Part shown: piece after piece, positions 1-12,530 of the stretch
Layout: the number at the start of each line of letters is the position of its first letter
How positions within the stretch are numbered: the first letter of the stretch is position 1
Source of the DNA: Octopus vulgaris
Lineage: Eukaryota
Length of the DNA stretch: 64,000 nt
Assembly (NCBI GenBank): GCA_951406725.2
Contig: OX597820.1
Location: 110,980,001 to 111,044,000, forward strand
Direction: 5' to 3'
Made by a program: the position numbers and the translations under genes
The notes under the pieces: generated by a model
Seen by the model: only the letters and a program-made list of their open reading frames with translations
Told to the model about the DNA's origin: nothing
Databases searched by the model: none

Positions 1-72
1 AGCTTAAAATGCTCAGAACTTTCCAGACAACCTAACACACACACACACACACACATACATACACACACACAC

Positions 73-113
<41 letters not shown>

Positions 114-121
114 TATATATA

Positions 122-822
122 TATAAATTAAGGAAATCGCGAACACACGAGATTAGCTGTGGAAATAACTTAGAGAATCGGTTAGAGTACCCTTATAGAC
201 GCAAGAAGAGTGCATTACTATTGCAATTTTGGAAGCATAGGCTGAAAGCTCTATATTTCACTTTTCTAGTGATATGATCCTCCTCAAACGAAATCACCAG
301 TTTGTTGGATAGTTTTTTTAAGATTTGAATACAAAGTATTTGTCTCTGATGAAATTGGTTTTTTTTTCTGCGTCAGCAATATTTTTCGTAGAGATGACAA
401 GCTTTTCACGGATCATAGTAAATAAATGATTTGTAATTGTACTCGACGTAAGGGAGTGATGTGATTATAAAGAGGTAGAAGCTTCAAAGAAACACTAGAA
501 TAGAAAAATTCTTCAATGAAGAAATCTGAGTTTCTCTTTTACCTAATTCTCTATTTAAACAATTAAACCACGCTACTTAATTCGGTCCATGTCAAAGTCT
601 CGGGCGAAACAATATGCATTTTGTTGGACTCACTGTTATTGATTAAACGTCTTCGCTCTCAGATTTGAGATCTTTATTCTCTATTCTAAATAGTCACACG
701 ATGTTTGACTGTGAACTTCTTGGATACTATAAATTAAGGAAATCGCGAACACACGAGAATAGCTGTGGAAACAACTTAGAGAATCGGTTAGAGTACCCTT
801 ATAGACACAAGAAGAGTGCATT
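122..822. repeat. ~95-bp direct repeat (122-216 and 728-822) flanking ~510 bp of unique sequence
   Basis: TATAAATTAAGGAAATCGCGAACACACGAG...GAAGAGTGCATT occurs twice with a few substitutions, period 606 bp. Confidence 0.85.
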
Positions 823-828
823 GTTGTT

Positions 829-872
829 GAAAAGGCCTGACAGAAAAAAGAAACAGACTACATCACGAATTT
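829..872 (+). mobile_element. Short fragment of Penelope RT coding sequence
   Basis: GAAAAGGCCTGACAGAAAAAAAGAAACAGACTACATCACGAATTT is nearly identical to ~3584-3627 within the PLE RT region. Confidence 0.7.
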
Positions 873-1539
873 GTACGTACATATACGTACACACGCACAT
901 ACACATATACAGACAAGCAAACACACACACACAGTCGCACACATGAAAGTATGTATATACATACATATGTTTACAATATGTATGGATATATATTTTTAAG
1001 TACATATGCACGCATACATATAGTTTTGCGCGCACACACAAACATGTATGTATGTATGTATGTATGTATGTATGTATGTATGTATGTATGTATGTATGTA
1101 TATATGTATGTATACACAATGCAGTCAGTTGCTAAGCATGGTAACTATTACGTCATTGATATTCCGAAGAATATGCTGTTAGCACAACGCTCTTTGAAAT
1201 TAAAGAACTATGTTCAAAGGGAAATATCTAAATATCTTTACAGCGGTGCCGACGGTGTTACGGAAAAGGAGAAAGAGGTGGAAATTGCCATGTTTTAAGT
1301 AAGAGCGAGAGAGAGAGAGAGAGAGATGACAAGTCAGAAGGATACGTATAAAGAGAGGGAAAGTAAGTGAAGGAGAGAGATAGAGAGTGAGGAGAGAGAT
1401 ATGCAGAATAAGAGATAGTAGTATTTCAAAAGAAACGAGAATAAAGTGTAAAGAGAAAGAGAAAAGTTCAGTATATTAATTTGCCCAAATCTATACATTT
1501 CCCAATATAGTTTCAGTAATTATATTTCAGCAATTAACT

Positions 1540-1551
1540 ATAATAATAATG

Positions 1552-1624
<73 letters not shown>

Positions 1625-1730
1625 TGATGATGATAATGATGATGATGATGATAACAGCATCACATGACCAACAACAACAGCAACAACAACAATAATAATT
1701 ATAATTATAATTATTATTATCATTATTATT
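1540..1730. repeat. (TAA)n/(TGA)n/(CAA)n compound microsatellite
   Basis: Directly visible trinucleotide runs. Confidence 0.95.
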
Positions 1731-2170
1731 ATTTGAAAATTGTTATTTTATCATTATTATTATTATTGTTGTTGTTTCCATTGTTATTTAAAGAAGTTTG
1801 TCTTAAAGACAGTAACCATATCACGGATTTATGAACACGAATCTGAGACCGCGGCATGATATTACACGAGAAATACAAACACATTAACAAACATGCACAC
1901 ACACACACACACACACACACATTTTATTATTGTAAGACTTGTTAAGAGAAAACTGCAACCTTCATCTACAATATTTACACTTGAGATATTGTGTGCGTGC
2001 GTGCGTCTATGCGTGCGTGTGTGTGTACGTCTGTGTGTGTGTGTGTATGTGTGCGTATATATGTATATATTTATGTATGTACATATGTGTATATATATAT
2101 ATATCCATACGAAGTATATGAGCAATAAATTTATTTTATACATACCTATATATTTCAATATACATATATG

Positions 2171-3117
<947 letters not shown>

Positions 3118-3160
3118 ATATATATATATATATGTATATATATATGTATATATATATAAG

Positions 3161-3192
<32 letters not shown>

Positions 3193-3207
3193 TATATAAT
3201 GTATTTA

Positions 3208-3232
3208 TAGATAGATAGATAGATAGATAAAT

Positions 3233-3324
<92 letters not shown>
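3208..3324. repeat. (GATA)n microsatellite
   Basis: Directly visible. Confidence 0.98.
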
Positions 3325-3325
<1 letters not shown>

Positions 3326-3435
3326 TGCATACATACATAACTTATGTAGATTCTGTTTTCAGACTTTTTCAGCTGAGACGAATCTTGTTCCTGTGTCATT
3401 GTTGAAATATATGTGTATATATATGTACATCATTT

Positions 3436-4822
3436 AAAAAGAAGTGGTGTAGTTCTGATGGACGCAGAATGCTATAAATATCTAGTATTATCCATGCTAA
3501 AAAACGGTGACTTCCACGAAAAAGTTGTGAACTATAAACAACAAAATCAATGAAAAATCTTGCATCCTTAATACGTCTACATGGAAAAAGCCTGACAGAA
3601 AAAAGAAACAGACTACATCACGAATTTCAAATATAAACCTAGTCTTTTTTACGGCCTACCTAAAATACACAAGAGCAAGATAATTAATAAAGCCTGCAAA
3701 CAATCACCAGACAAATACATAAATACGCAAGCGCCAGAAAACTTAACGTTAAGGCCCATTATAGCTGGCCCAGCCTGTGAAACCCACCGCCTAAGCAATT
3801 TTCCAGACATCCTACTGAAACCTTAGCTGAAATACATCAAAAGTTTCATTAGAGACGATTTAGACATGCTAGAGCACATACCAAAAACAATTAGTGAAGT
3901 GGCATTATTAGTTTCCTTCGATGTTGTTAATCTTTACACCAACATTCCACATGACTATGGAATAAAAGCAATCAAAGCCTGCTTATAAAAGTACCCTGAA
4001 GTACTCCTGGAACGCATAAATCAGGTCTTTATAATTGAATCTTTAAAATCTATGCTTCAGAATAATTATTTCCTATTTGATGACACCTACTATCGTCATA
4101 AACGCGGAATTGCTATGGGAACGAACGCAGCCCTTGTTCTTGCGAATCTGATAATGGGTTATTTTGAATCCACCATAAATGAAGTGCCATTTCAAAAATA
4201 TGGTTATCTATTTCACCATTACATAAGAGAAAACTGGAAAAGATACCTGGATGACTGTTTTATCATTTGGAAGGAGACCATTGATAAACTTTTGAACTTC
4301 AAATCAACATTAAATGATATAAACAGTGACATTCGATTTACAATGGAATATAGCAAAGAACAGCTCCCATTTTTGGATGTTATGATAAAAAAGGCAACAA
4401 CCAAATTATAATTGACATCTATCATAAACCAACGGACTCGAAACAATATCTCCTTTTTTTGAGCACATGCCACCAGAAACACATCAAAACAAATCCCTTT
4501 AATTTAGCAAAAAAGGATTTGCACAATAGTGTCTCATAGAACTACTCGGGACCTTCGTCTTCAAGACCTCAAAACAACAGTAACGGAAAGACAATACCCA
4601 CCCTCACTTATAGACGATGGAATTAAGCGTGCCAAGAAATTAGACATAAAAACACTAAGGATAACAAAACATAACACCACACCTCATCTCAAAACACTAC
4701 TGTATATTTTAACCCACAACCCTAGAAACAATGTGGCATAAAACACTATTGTGCAAAATCTTCCATTACTAACTAGAGACCCAAAAATGGACAACATCCT
4801 GAAATCGCATAAACTCATTAAA
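3436..4822 (+). pseudogene. Penelope-like element reverse transcriptase, frameshifted and 3'-truncated
   Basis: PLE RT motifs in order: SGVVLMD, FYGLPKIHKS, RPIIAGPACETHRLS, LVSFDVVNLYTNIPH, GIAMGT, WKRYLDDCF, LPFLDV, then thumb region RLQDLK...YPP...THNP. Stops and frameshifts are present. Confidence 0.93.
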
Positions 4823-4993
4823 TGAGAGGGTTGTGTGTGGAGATGTATGGTAAGGCTTTTGGTTGTAAGTTTTTCTTTGATTTGGGATGTCTCAGTTCCT
4901 TGATGTTAAGTTGAAGGGCACGTTGAATGCACTTGTCAATAAGTGAAGGTGGATAGTTCCTGGTGATTAGGGTATCTTTTAGTTCTTGTAGTC

Positions 4994-5764
4994 GTGTGTC
5001 TACAAGAACTACAAGAACTAAAAGATACCCTAATCACCAGGAACTATCCACCTTCACTTATTGACAAGTGCATTCAACGTGCCCTTCAACTTAACATCAA
5101 GGAACTGAGACATCCCAAATCAAAGAAAAACTTACAACCAAAAGCCTTACCATACATCTCCACACACAACCCTCTCAATAACGAAGCCTTCGACACCATC
5201 CTCCACAACATACCCCTCCTAAAAAAAGACCACAGAATGAACGCAATCCTCCAAACACACACGATCATAAAAAGCAAAAGACAGCCTAGATCCATGAAAA
5301 GTCTCCTTACACAAGCCCGAATTCACTCCTCAACACAGAAGCCGACAGTAAAAAAATGTGGAAGACCCAATTGCGGGATATGCGACTATCTAATTGAGGG
5401 ATCAGAGTTCTCCTTCAAGCAGGGACAACGGTTTACAGTGAAAAGCAACTTCACATGTGCTTCGGAGAACCTAATATACTCACTAACCTGCTCCGGGTGT
5501 CAAGAGCAGTACATAGGCCAAACAAAAAATGGTTTGCGTAAACGAATGGCCCTGCACAGATCCCAGATAAAAATTCCCCAAAACAGAAAAATAGCTTTTA
5601 GCCAACACATAGATACTTGCGCCAACAAAATAACACCAAACTTCAGAATTTTCCCCCTCTACCAATTTAGGGACGATACAACCTCGAGACAACGAATAAG
5701 TAAAGAAAATCTCTTTATTACAAAATACAAGCCACTTCTAAACGGGTCTACGACAAACAATTAA
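4994..5764 (+). CDS. PLE RT-thumb/linker plus GIY-YIG endonuclease (uninterrupted 256 codons, no native start)
   Basis: KKCGRPNCGIC linker cysteines, NLIYSLTCSGCQEQYIGQT (GIY-YIG), LRKRMALH, SKENLFI, PLLN. Confidence 0.9.
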   Translation: MCLQELQELKDTLITRNYPPSLIDKCIQRALQLNIKELRHPKSKKNLQPKALPYISTHNPLNNEAFDTILHNIPLLKKDHRMNAILQTHTIIKSKRQPRSMKSLLTQARIHSSTQKPTVKKCGRPNCGICDYLIEGSEFSFKQGQRFTVKSNFTCASENLIYSLTCSGCQEQYIGQTKNGLRKRMALHRSQIKIPQNRKIAFSQHIDTCANKITPNFRIFPLYQFRDDTTSRQRISKENLFITKYKPLLNGSTTNN

Positions 5765-6514
5765 TATACCTCAACTTTAGAATAAAAGAAAAAAATATAT
5801 ATACACACACAAATATTACACTCCATAGAATCCATTACTAATCAGCCCCTTCATAGCTATACTTACACCCATTCATATTCCCCCTTCTCTGTTTTTTTTT
5901 CTTCTTCTTCTTCCTCTTCTTCTTCATCATCATCATTATCATCATCATCGTCGTCATCATCATCACCACCATCATCACCACCATCTTCTCCTTCTCCTCC
6001 TCCTTCTTCTTCTTCTTCTTCATCATCATCATTATCATCATCATCGTCGTCATAATCATCACCACCACCACCATCATCGTCATCTTCTCCTTCTCCTTCT
6101 TCTTCTTCTTCTTCTTCTTCTTCTTCTTCTTCTTCTTCTTCTTCTTCTTCTTCTTCTACTTCTCCACCCCCTACCCCTTAACTTTGTCACTAATGTTTTT
6201 TAGTATAACACCTACGCTAATTCTATAAACAAGCCTGTCAATATAAATATTCTCCTGAATTGAACTGAGACTGCCAGCCGCCACTGACCATTCAAAATAC
6301 GACCATCAGGGCACTCCCAGATTCTCCCATCCCCCTTTCCCCACCAGCCTTCTTCCTCTACTACCCTTCCAAGAACTCACAACGACCTCCGACACACAAG
6401 TGCAAACAAGGGAGTCAGAGAAAGGCAGAATGCCACTTAAATCTGAACACTACTATAGAAATATTCTTTTAAAAAAACTTTTCTTCTAATTTTTCTAAAT
6501 TTAATTATTTAATC

Positions 6515-6560
6515 GTTACAGTTGAAAAGGTCTCAAAATGACCGAAACCGGTACTGAAAT
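6515..6560 (+). ncRNA. Minimal type I hammerhead ribozyme, U3-A8 core variant
   Basis: Stem I TTACAG/CTGAAA (one mismatch), core TTGAAAA, stem II GGTC-TCAAAAT-GACC, GAA, palindromic stem III ACCGGT, cleavage triplet GUA. Confidence 0.75.
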
Positions 6561-7221
6561 GTTCACTATAAAATTATTTTAGCATTTTCTATTTTTGACT
6601 TGTTTTTTAATATATATATATATATATACATGATATAGTGTATATTTAAACACATAAGGAATCCACTTATAGGGATTCTACACGCTAGAAAGAACAGCTA
6701 GGTTCTATAACCACAAAAATTGGGGATAAAATTCGACAGGAATAAATTTGGAAATGAAAAACATTTACCATCTAGTTTCCTGGACCAATTGGTTTCTAAT
6801 TGGAGATCTTGGGTTTTATCCCTGTACTGCTTAAGAAAAACATTTGTTTTGGTGAACTCTCTTCTGAAGACACCAAAAATCTCCAGTGTTATTAAATCCA
6901 AGCTGATTAGGTGTCCTTGATAGATGACAATCAATCGCGATGCTTAACTCATTCTAACAGCTTACATGAATTACCTGTTAATGCATACAAAACCCACTAG
7001 TTCACTGCGTGATATCCCACTTGATTGTTCTTGAACGTTGAGATTTGATGCAACGGGTGCTTTACCAACAGTATTGCTGGACTTTGCCTGAAAACACACA
7101 TGCGCACATGCGCATACATGCTAAAAACATAAAATCGATTTCACACATATATACATCTATAAACAAATGGACGTGTATATATATATATATGGGGGGGGGT
7201 CTAAAACTGCAAGGGATATTA

Positions 7222-8398
7222 ATGTAACTCATAATTTCTTTGTAGATGACCTCAAGATTTATGCTAAAGATGTTAGCACTGCCAAAAAACAACTGGAATT
7301 AATATCAACATCTTCAGTTGACATAGGAATGGAATTTGGCCAGAAGAAATGTGCATATTGAATTGTTGAACGGGGAAATCAGTGCCCTAGACATAAAACC
7401 TGTGCGTCAATGGTCTCACTATTTCTCCTGTCCTACACAAAGAATGCTATCAGTACCTTGGTATTGATGAAAATATATCATACTAAAGTACTGTAAATAA
7501 AAGTAAAGTGACCCTAGAATATTACATCAGACTAAGAAAAATATGGCAGCCTGAACTCTCTTCTTACAACAAGACAATGTTCCACGTGGCATTTACAGTA
7601 CCTGATTCCAACATTTGGGATACTTGACTGATCTGTAGAAGAAATTCACTCCATAGACAATAAAATCTGCAAGATTCTAACATCAACTGGAAATCTCTAT
7701 AAAAATAGTGATGTGGACAAGCTTTACTTAAGAAGAAACAAAGGCGGCAGGATCTTAAGATCGGAGCAGACAGCCTTTGAATGCCGTATAGTCTCTCCCA
7801 GACAGCAAAAACAATATACAATACCATTTGAAAAAAAGACTGTCTTGGAATAAATATAGAGAATCACGCTCTTCTTGAATGCGTTCGCAAATACCAGCAC
7901 GAGGAATACTGGTGGAACATTCCCATTAAAACACTTGTTAAGTGTAAGCATAATATGTTGGATATCGTTGTTTAGGACAGACAAAAAGAAAGTATCATAG
8001 AGCTGAGCTGTCCTGGTGATGTGAATATCTCTTTGAAAATCAAAAAGAAGAAAAAGAAGATAACTATAGGCAATTCCTTCGAAAACCCAGCTTCTACATC
8101 TAAATAACAAATTTACACTTATACCGATAATAATTGGTACACTTGGCTTTGTAAGTAAATGTCTAACTCAGTCTGGATAAGCTTGGACTTTCAGAAAAAA
8201 GAAATCAACCAACTGACCCACAAATTACAAATACAATCTGTAAGAAGAACAGTAAAACTATGCAAGACTTCTCAGGTTTAAAATGTGACATTGTTTTCGT
8301 TATCTACATTCCACTACATTCCAAAGATGGCGGTTTGTATCTTTGTTAGAAATCGGCTCCTTCTTCAGAGGAAGAATTTAAATAATTAAATACAGAAG
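7222..8398 (+). mobile_element. R4/Dong-like (RLE-type) non-LTR retrotransposon remnant, 5'-truncated and degraded
   Basis: HNFFVDDLKIYAKD, IGMEFGQKKCA and YQYLGIDEN motifs. Later DIVV...IPIIIGTLG, typical of the restriction-like endonuclease domain. Confidence 0.75.
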
Positions 8399-8427
8399 AG
8401 ACATACATGCCTACATACATACATACA

Positions 8428-8985
8428 TGGTGGCTGCCCCCCGCCCCATTATCGAGTATGGCCCTTGCACGAAGCTTAATCAATGTTGTTATCGTGCAAT
8501 GCTTGTGCAAGAAGATTTTTTTAAAACTGAGGAAAGGCTGTGCACTGAGTCAATCCCACTCACTAAGCAACAGCAGCCATAATCCGAAAAGAAGAACAAG
8601 TCAACATCATCGGTAACCACTGAGCCGCAGGTTTTATGTCGGAGTTATCCCAGTTACCTGAGTTACCTTCTCCTAGAAGGATGCCCTAACAAAGGCTAGG
8701 AGTCCTTCACTCCCAATGGTTTAACTGCGCGATCGGGTATTCAATGCGATTATTTCTATGTCCCCGCACATGATACAGTCTTAAGACGTTTATTGAATGA
8801 CTGTTGACTCTCAAGCGTTCCTCCACCCTTTGACGGGTTTTGTTTTTTATCCCGCAGGGTGTCCAATAAACACCCTCCTCACAAAGCAAGCTTGGTGGGA
8901 TTGCCGGTTTAGTCGCCGACGACCTGACCATGCAACAGGTTGTATTGGGTTACATGTTACCATTAGCACTCGAAAGTGACCTGAC
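8428..8985 (-). mobile_element. Probable RTE-type 5' UTR or non-autonomous repeat
   Basis: CCTTCTCCTAG...AAGG(C/T)TA segment resembles the 5' region of the RTE remnant at ~59640-59680. No ORF. Confidence 0.3.
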
Positions 8986-9439
8986 ATAATACATACATAA
9001 TACCCTGTTGAAATTCCAATGAAGGAGCCTTGGATCTAGGTTAGAAACCGGCTCTTTCTCTATTGGTAAGAAATCTTGAAATAAAGCCGAAATATGACAT
9101 ATATATATATCCACCTTCATCCATTTTTTCCGTCCATTATTCCTGTTTTTTCATCTGCACCATATCCAGCCCATTTGCTATCCTATAACAATGGACTTAA
9201 ATGGGAAAATATCGTACTGCTAACACAGAAGTAAGACACGGTATTGATTTGTAAACCTTTAATACACTTGGTAGTATAAGGTTGCAAAACGAAATACTGT
9301 CCATAACAGCAATTTATATAAATTTAAACACGCACGCGCATGCACACATACATACACACATATATACATAAATGTATGTATACATATATACATATATATA
9401 CACACAAATACATGTATACATACACACAATCACACACAT

Positions 9440-9494
<55 letters not shown>

Positions 9495-9753
9495 TATGCA
9501 TATATATACATATATGTGTATGTATGTATATATATATATATACACACACACACACATATATATTTACTTGTTTCAGTCATTTGACTATGGCCATGCTGGA
9601 GCACCGCCTTTAGTCGACCAAATCGACCTCAGGACTTATTCTTTGTAAGCCTAGTACTTATTCTATCGGTCTCTTTGACTGAACTGCTAGTTTATGGAGA
9701 CATATACACACCAGCATCGGTTGTCAAGCGATTGGGAGACAAACACAGGCACA

Positions 9754-9835
<82 letters not shown>

Positions 9836-9976
9836 CACGACGGAATTTTCAGTTTCCGCCTACCAAATCCACTCACAAGGCTTTGGTCGGCCCGAGGCTA
9901 TAGTAGAAGACACTTACCCAAAGTGCCACGCAGTGAGTCTGAACCCGGAACCATGTGGTTGATAAGCAAGCTACTT

Positions 9977-11933
9977 TATTTTATATCATTTGCCATAAGG
10001 GCAGTACACAGCTATATAGCTTTGCGGGCTGGACAAGACATTAATGAGGCGAATGATAATAATACAAGATGATAAAGATGGGAGAAGACAGAATGCGCCC
10101 GCCTACCCTCTGCTTTTCTAAAAAATTATTCGTTAAAAATAACATATATAGAGGTATTAAACCTCTTACAAATATATACAAAAAATTGGAGGCGATAAAC
10201 CTCTTACGTTAACTCAATTAACTCTTTTGCGGCCTGCAGATATTCCTGCAACCACCAATCAGAGCCCCCCAAAAATAATCTGTAGTCCTCCTTTGGGAAG
10301 TATCTTGACCTGTGGAAAAAAATCTTTTCTTTCCAGTACCAGTGCAGCCACCTGCAAAGGCCACTCTGGACTGTCAATAAAAATCGGGTCCATCAGAACC
10401 CAACTATCAAGATTATTTTCCACATACTCCTCAGTCGCCCCTCCCCTGCGATAGAGGAATACAAATTCCTCATCATTTTCATTGAGGGGGACCTCAACTA
10501 CCTTGCTCGGTGGCACACATCCCACCTTTTTCTTTCTCTTTCCCTTTGCGACGGGAGGGTGGAGCTCCTCCGGCATGTCCGGAGGTCCCCCCTCCCCTCC
10601 CGCCACCTCAGGGTCCATCGGTGGGCAACCATTGTTGCCCACCTTCTTTCTCTTAGTGCCTTTTCTCGAGGAGGTTACCTCCTTCTCGACTTTCTCCCTC
10701 TCTCCCTCCAATGAAGGAGCAACAGGCTCCGTTGGAGGAACAGGGGATTTACGGTCATCAATAAACAACTGTTCCAGGACCTTCGCCTGGTCCCGGCAAC
10801 AGTTCTTCTTCATGTGCCCTGATTCCGGACACAGGTAACACTTGAGGGGAGGGCGTCCCTCAATGATCACCGGGTGCCTGGAACCGGCCATTGTCAGGAA
10901 ATCTGGTAAAACCAGATCTTCGGTCGATTGGGCCTATAGGGTCAAAATTGCTTTTGACCCGACCCAATCGACCGCAGATTGTATTTTTTCATTCAAGAGC
11001 CTGGCAGGGCCACCACCCAGCCTCGACGGATAGAATCTTCTATCCATTCAGCTTCTATACCGGGCGGCAGCCCACACACCCAGGCTCTTGTCAGTTTGCA
11101 CTCACGTGGGGAGAAACAAAATCTTCCTCCCATCTATAGGTTGGCTCGCAAATTTCTGAGCCTCCGTAGGGGTGTCGAAAAGCACGCACACCGTTGCGTA
11201 TTTTGCACCCCTATGGATGAACCTATAAGTTGGCACAAATCCCGCTAACTCTTCTTCAATTTCACTCTAAGGGAATACACAGATGGTGTCGCGGACTTTG
11301 CAATAAGTCCGCAACACCACCGTTCTCTCATCATTGTTTTAACCACTCCTTGGGGGCCATAATTCGCCACTCCAAGGTTTTCTTATGTTTGGTTGCCATT
11401 AATAAAATAAACTAGAATATATAAATCCACAACAAAATCAAAAATGTTCAAATAAAAGTCTCTAATGCAAACACAAAAAAGAGCAGAGAGACAGACAAGA
11501 CAAAAAGAACGAAGGAAGTCAGTTCAAATGGCAACAACATTCAACTCTGGTAATCCTTCGTAGCACAATTAAAAATCCCTTGCAGCATAAAAATAGCAGC
11601 AAAAAGTTCCTGGTTGTACTCCAAATGGTAAAATTCTGGTTGTACTCCAATTGGTAAAATCCACGAAGTGCACACAGTCACATAAAATCATAAATTTTCC
11701 GAGGGACACGCCTCCCGAAAACACACAATTCTCACTAAAAAGTGAGTCTTTTAGTACGACCACTGGCAAACAAATGTCTGGAACCCAGTGGAGAGCCTTG
11801 TTCGAAAAAATATTAACCATGCGGACAATAGACTTCACTAAGCTCCCAAAAATGCTTTACCTGTGGTCGTGCTTCAAATGTTCAATTTTTCACGTACGGT
11901 GTGACTTCCATCGCGACGAAAAACAACGCGACA
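9977..11933 (-). mobile_element. ORF1-only Tx1/L1-like retroelement (HAL1-like architecture) with ACTT TSD
   Basis: ACTT at 9973-9976 and 11934-11937. About 530-bp 5' UTR, ORF1 with CCHC knuckle, ~280-bp 3' UTR ending in an A-rich tail. No EN or RT sequence. Confidence 0.75.
10259..11399 (-). pseudogene. Tx1-like ORF1 (gag-like, zinc knuckle), frameshifted in the 5' half
   Basis: VIIEGRPPLKCYLCPESGHMKKNC (CX2CX4HX4C). ILFLPT...VCGLPPGIEAEWI aligns with VLLPTY...VSEIPPEIDVAWL of the ORF1 at 60736-61233. Confidence 0.8.
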
Positions 11934-11960
11934 ACTTACCACACAGCCATTCCTATAGAT

Positions 11961-12007
<47 letters not shown>

Positions 12008-12530
12008 CATACATACATACATACATACATACATACATACATACATACATACACTCACACACACATATACATACATACGCATACAAAAACATACATACAC
12101 GCACATATATGTGAATGGTTGCTTATATGTCAAGTTATATATATATAAGCAATTTCACATTAAACTGATGGAAGACTGAAGAATTTTAATCAAAGAAAAG
12201 GTTGACACACAGTTTGGACTGCCTGATGTCATCCGCAGTTGGGGTATATTTCCGTTGGATCTACTTCAGAATCTACTAATAATTCTTCAGTAACCAGAAG
12301 ATAGAGTTGGTATTTATATTTTTATATAAATACGCGCACATACACACATACAGAAGTGTACGCATATACCCATACTTATACATATACATATATATATATG
12401 TATACCTATATACATATATAATCTTTATTTTGTATAACGACCGTTTTACAAAATAAAGATTAACACCAAATCCATCTACTGGTTACTTGAGAAATTATTA
12501 TCATATATACTATCAGAAAGACCACCCTCC

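Larger units (their letters stand above)
4823..6610 (+). mobile_element. 5'-truncated Penelope-like element with a 170-bp inverted 5' duplication, GIY-YIG ORF and HHR-bearing 3' terminus
   Basis: 4823-4992 is the reverse complement of 5008-5177. ORF 4994-5764, a CTT/CAT microsatellite in the 3' region, HHR-like motif at 6515-6560, ends at a TA run. Confidence 0.88.
9563..11957 (-). mobile_element. tRNA-derived SINE (family A) split by a Tx1-like insertion
   Basis: 9563-9976 matches the reverse complement of the 21639-22024 SINE up to ...AAGCAAGCTACTT. The remaining head, ACTTACCACACAGCCATTCCT, resumes at 11934. Confidence 0.88.

Noticed and set aside
340-420. GTCTCTGATGA as a possible hammerhead core
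   Set aside because: No downstream GAAA with pairing stems II and III could be found.
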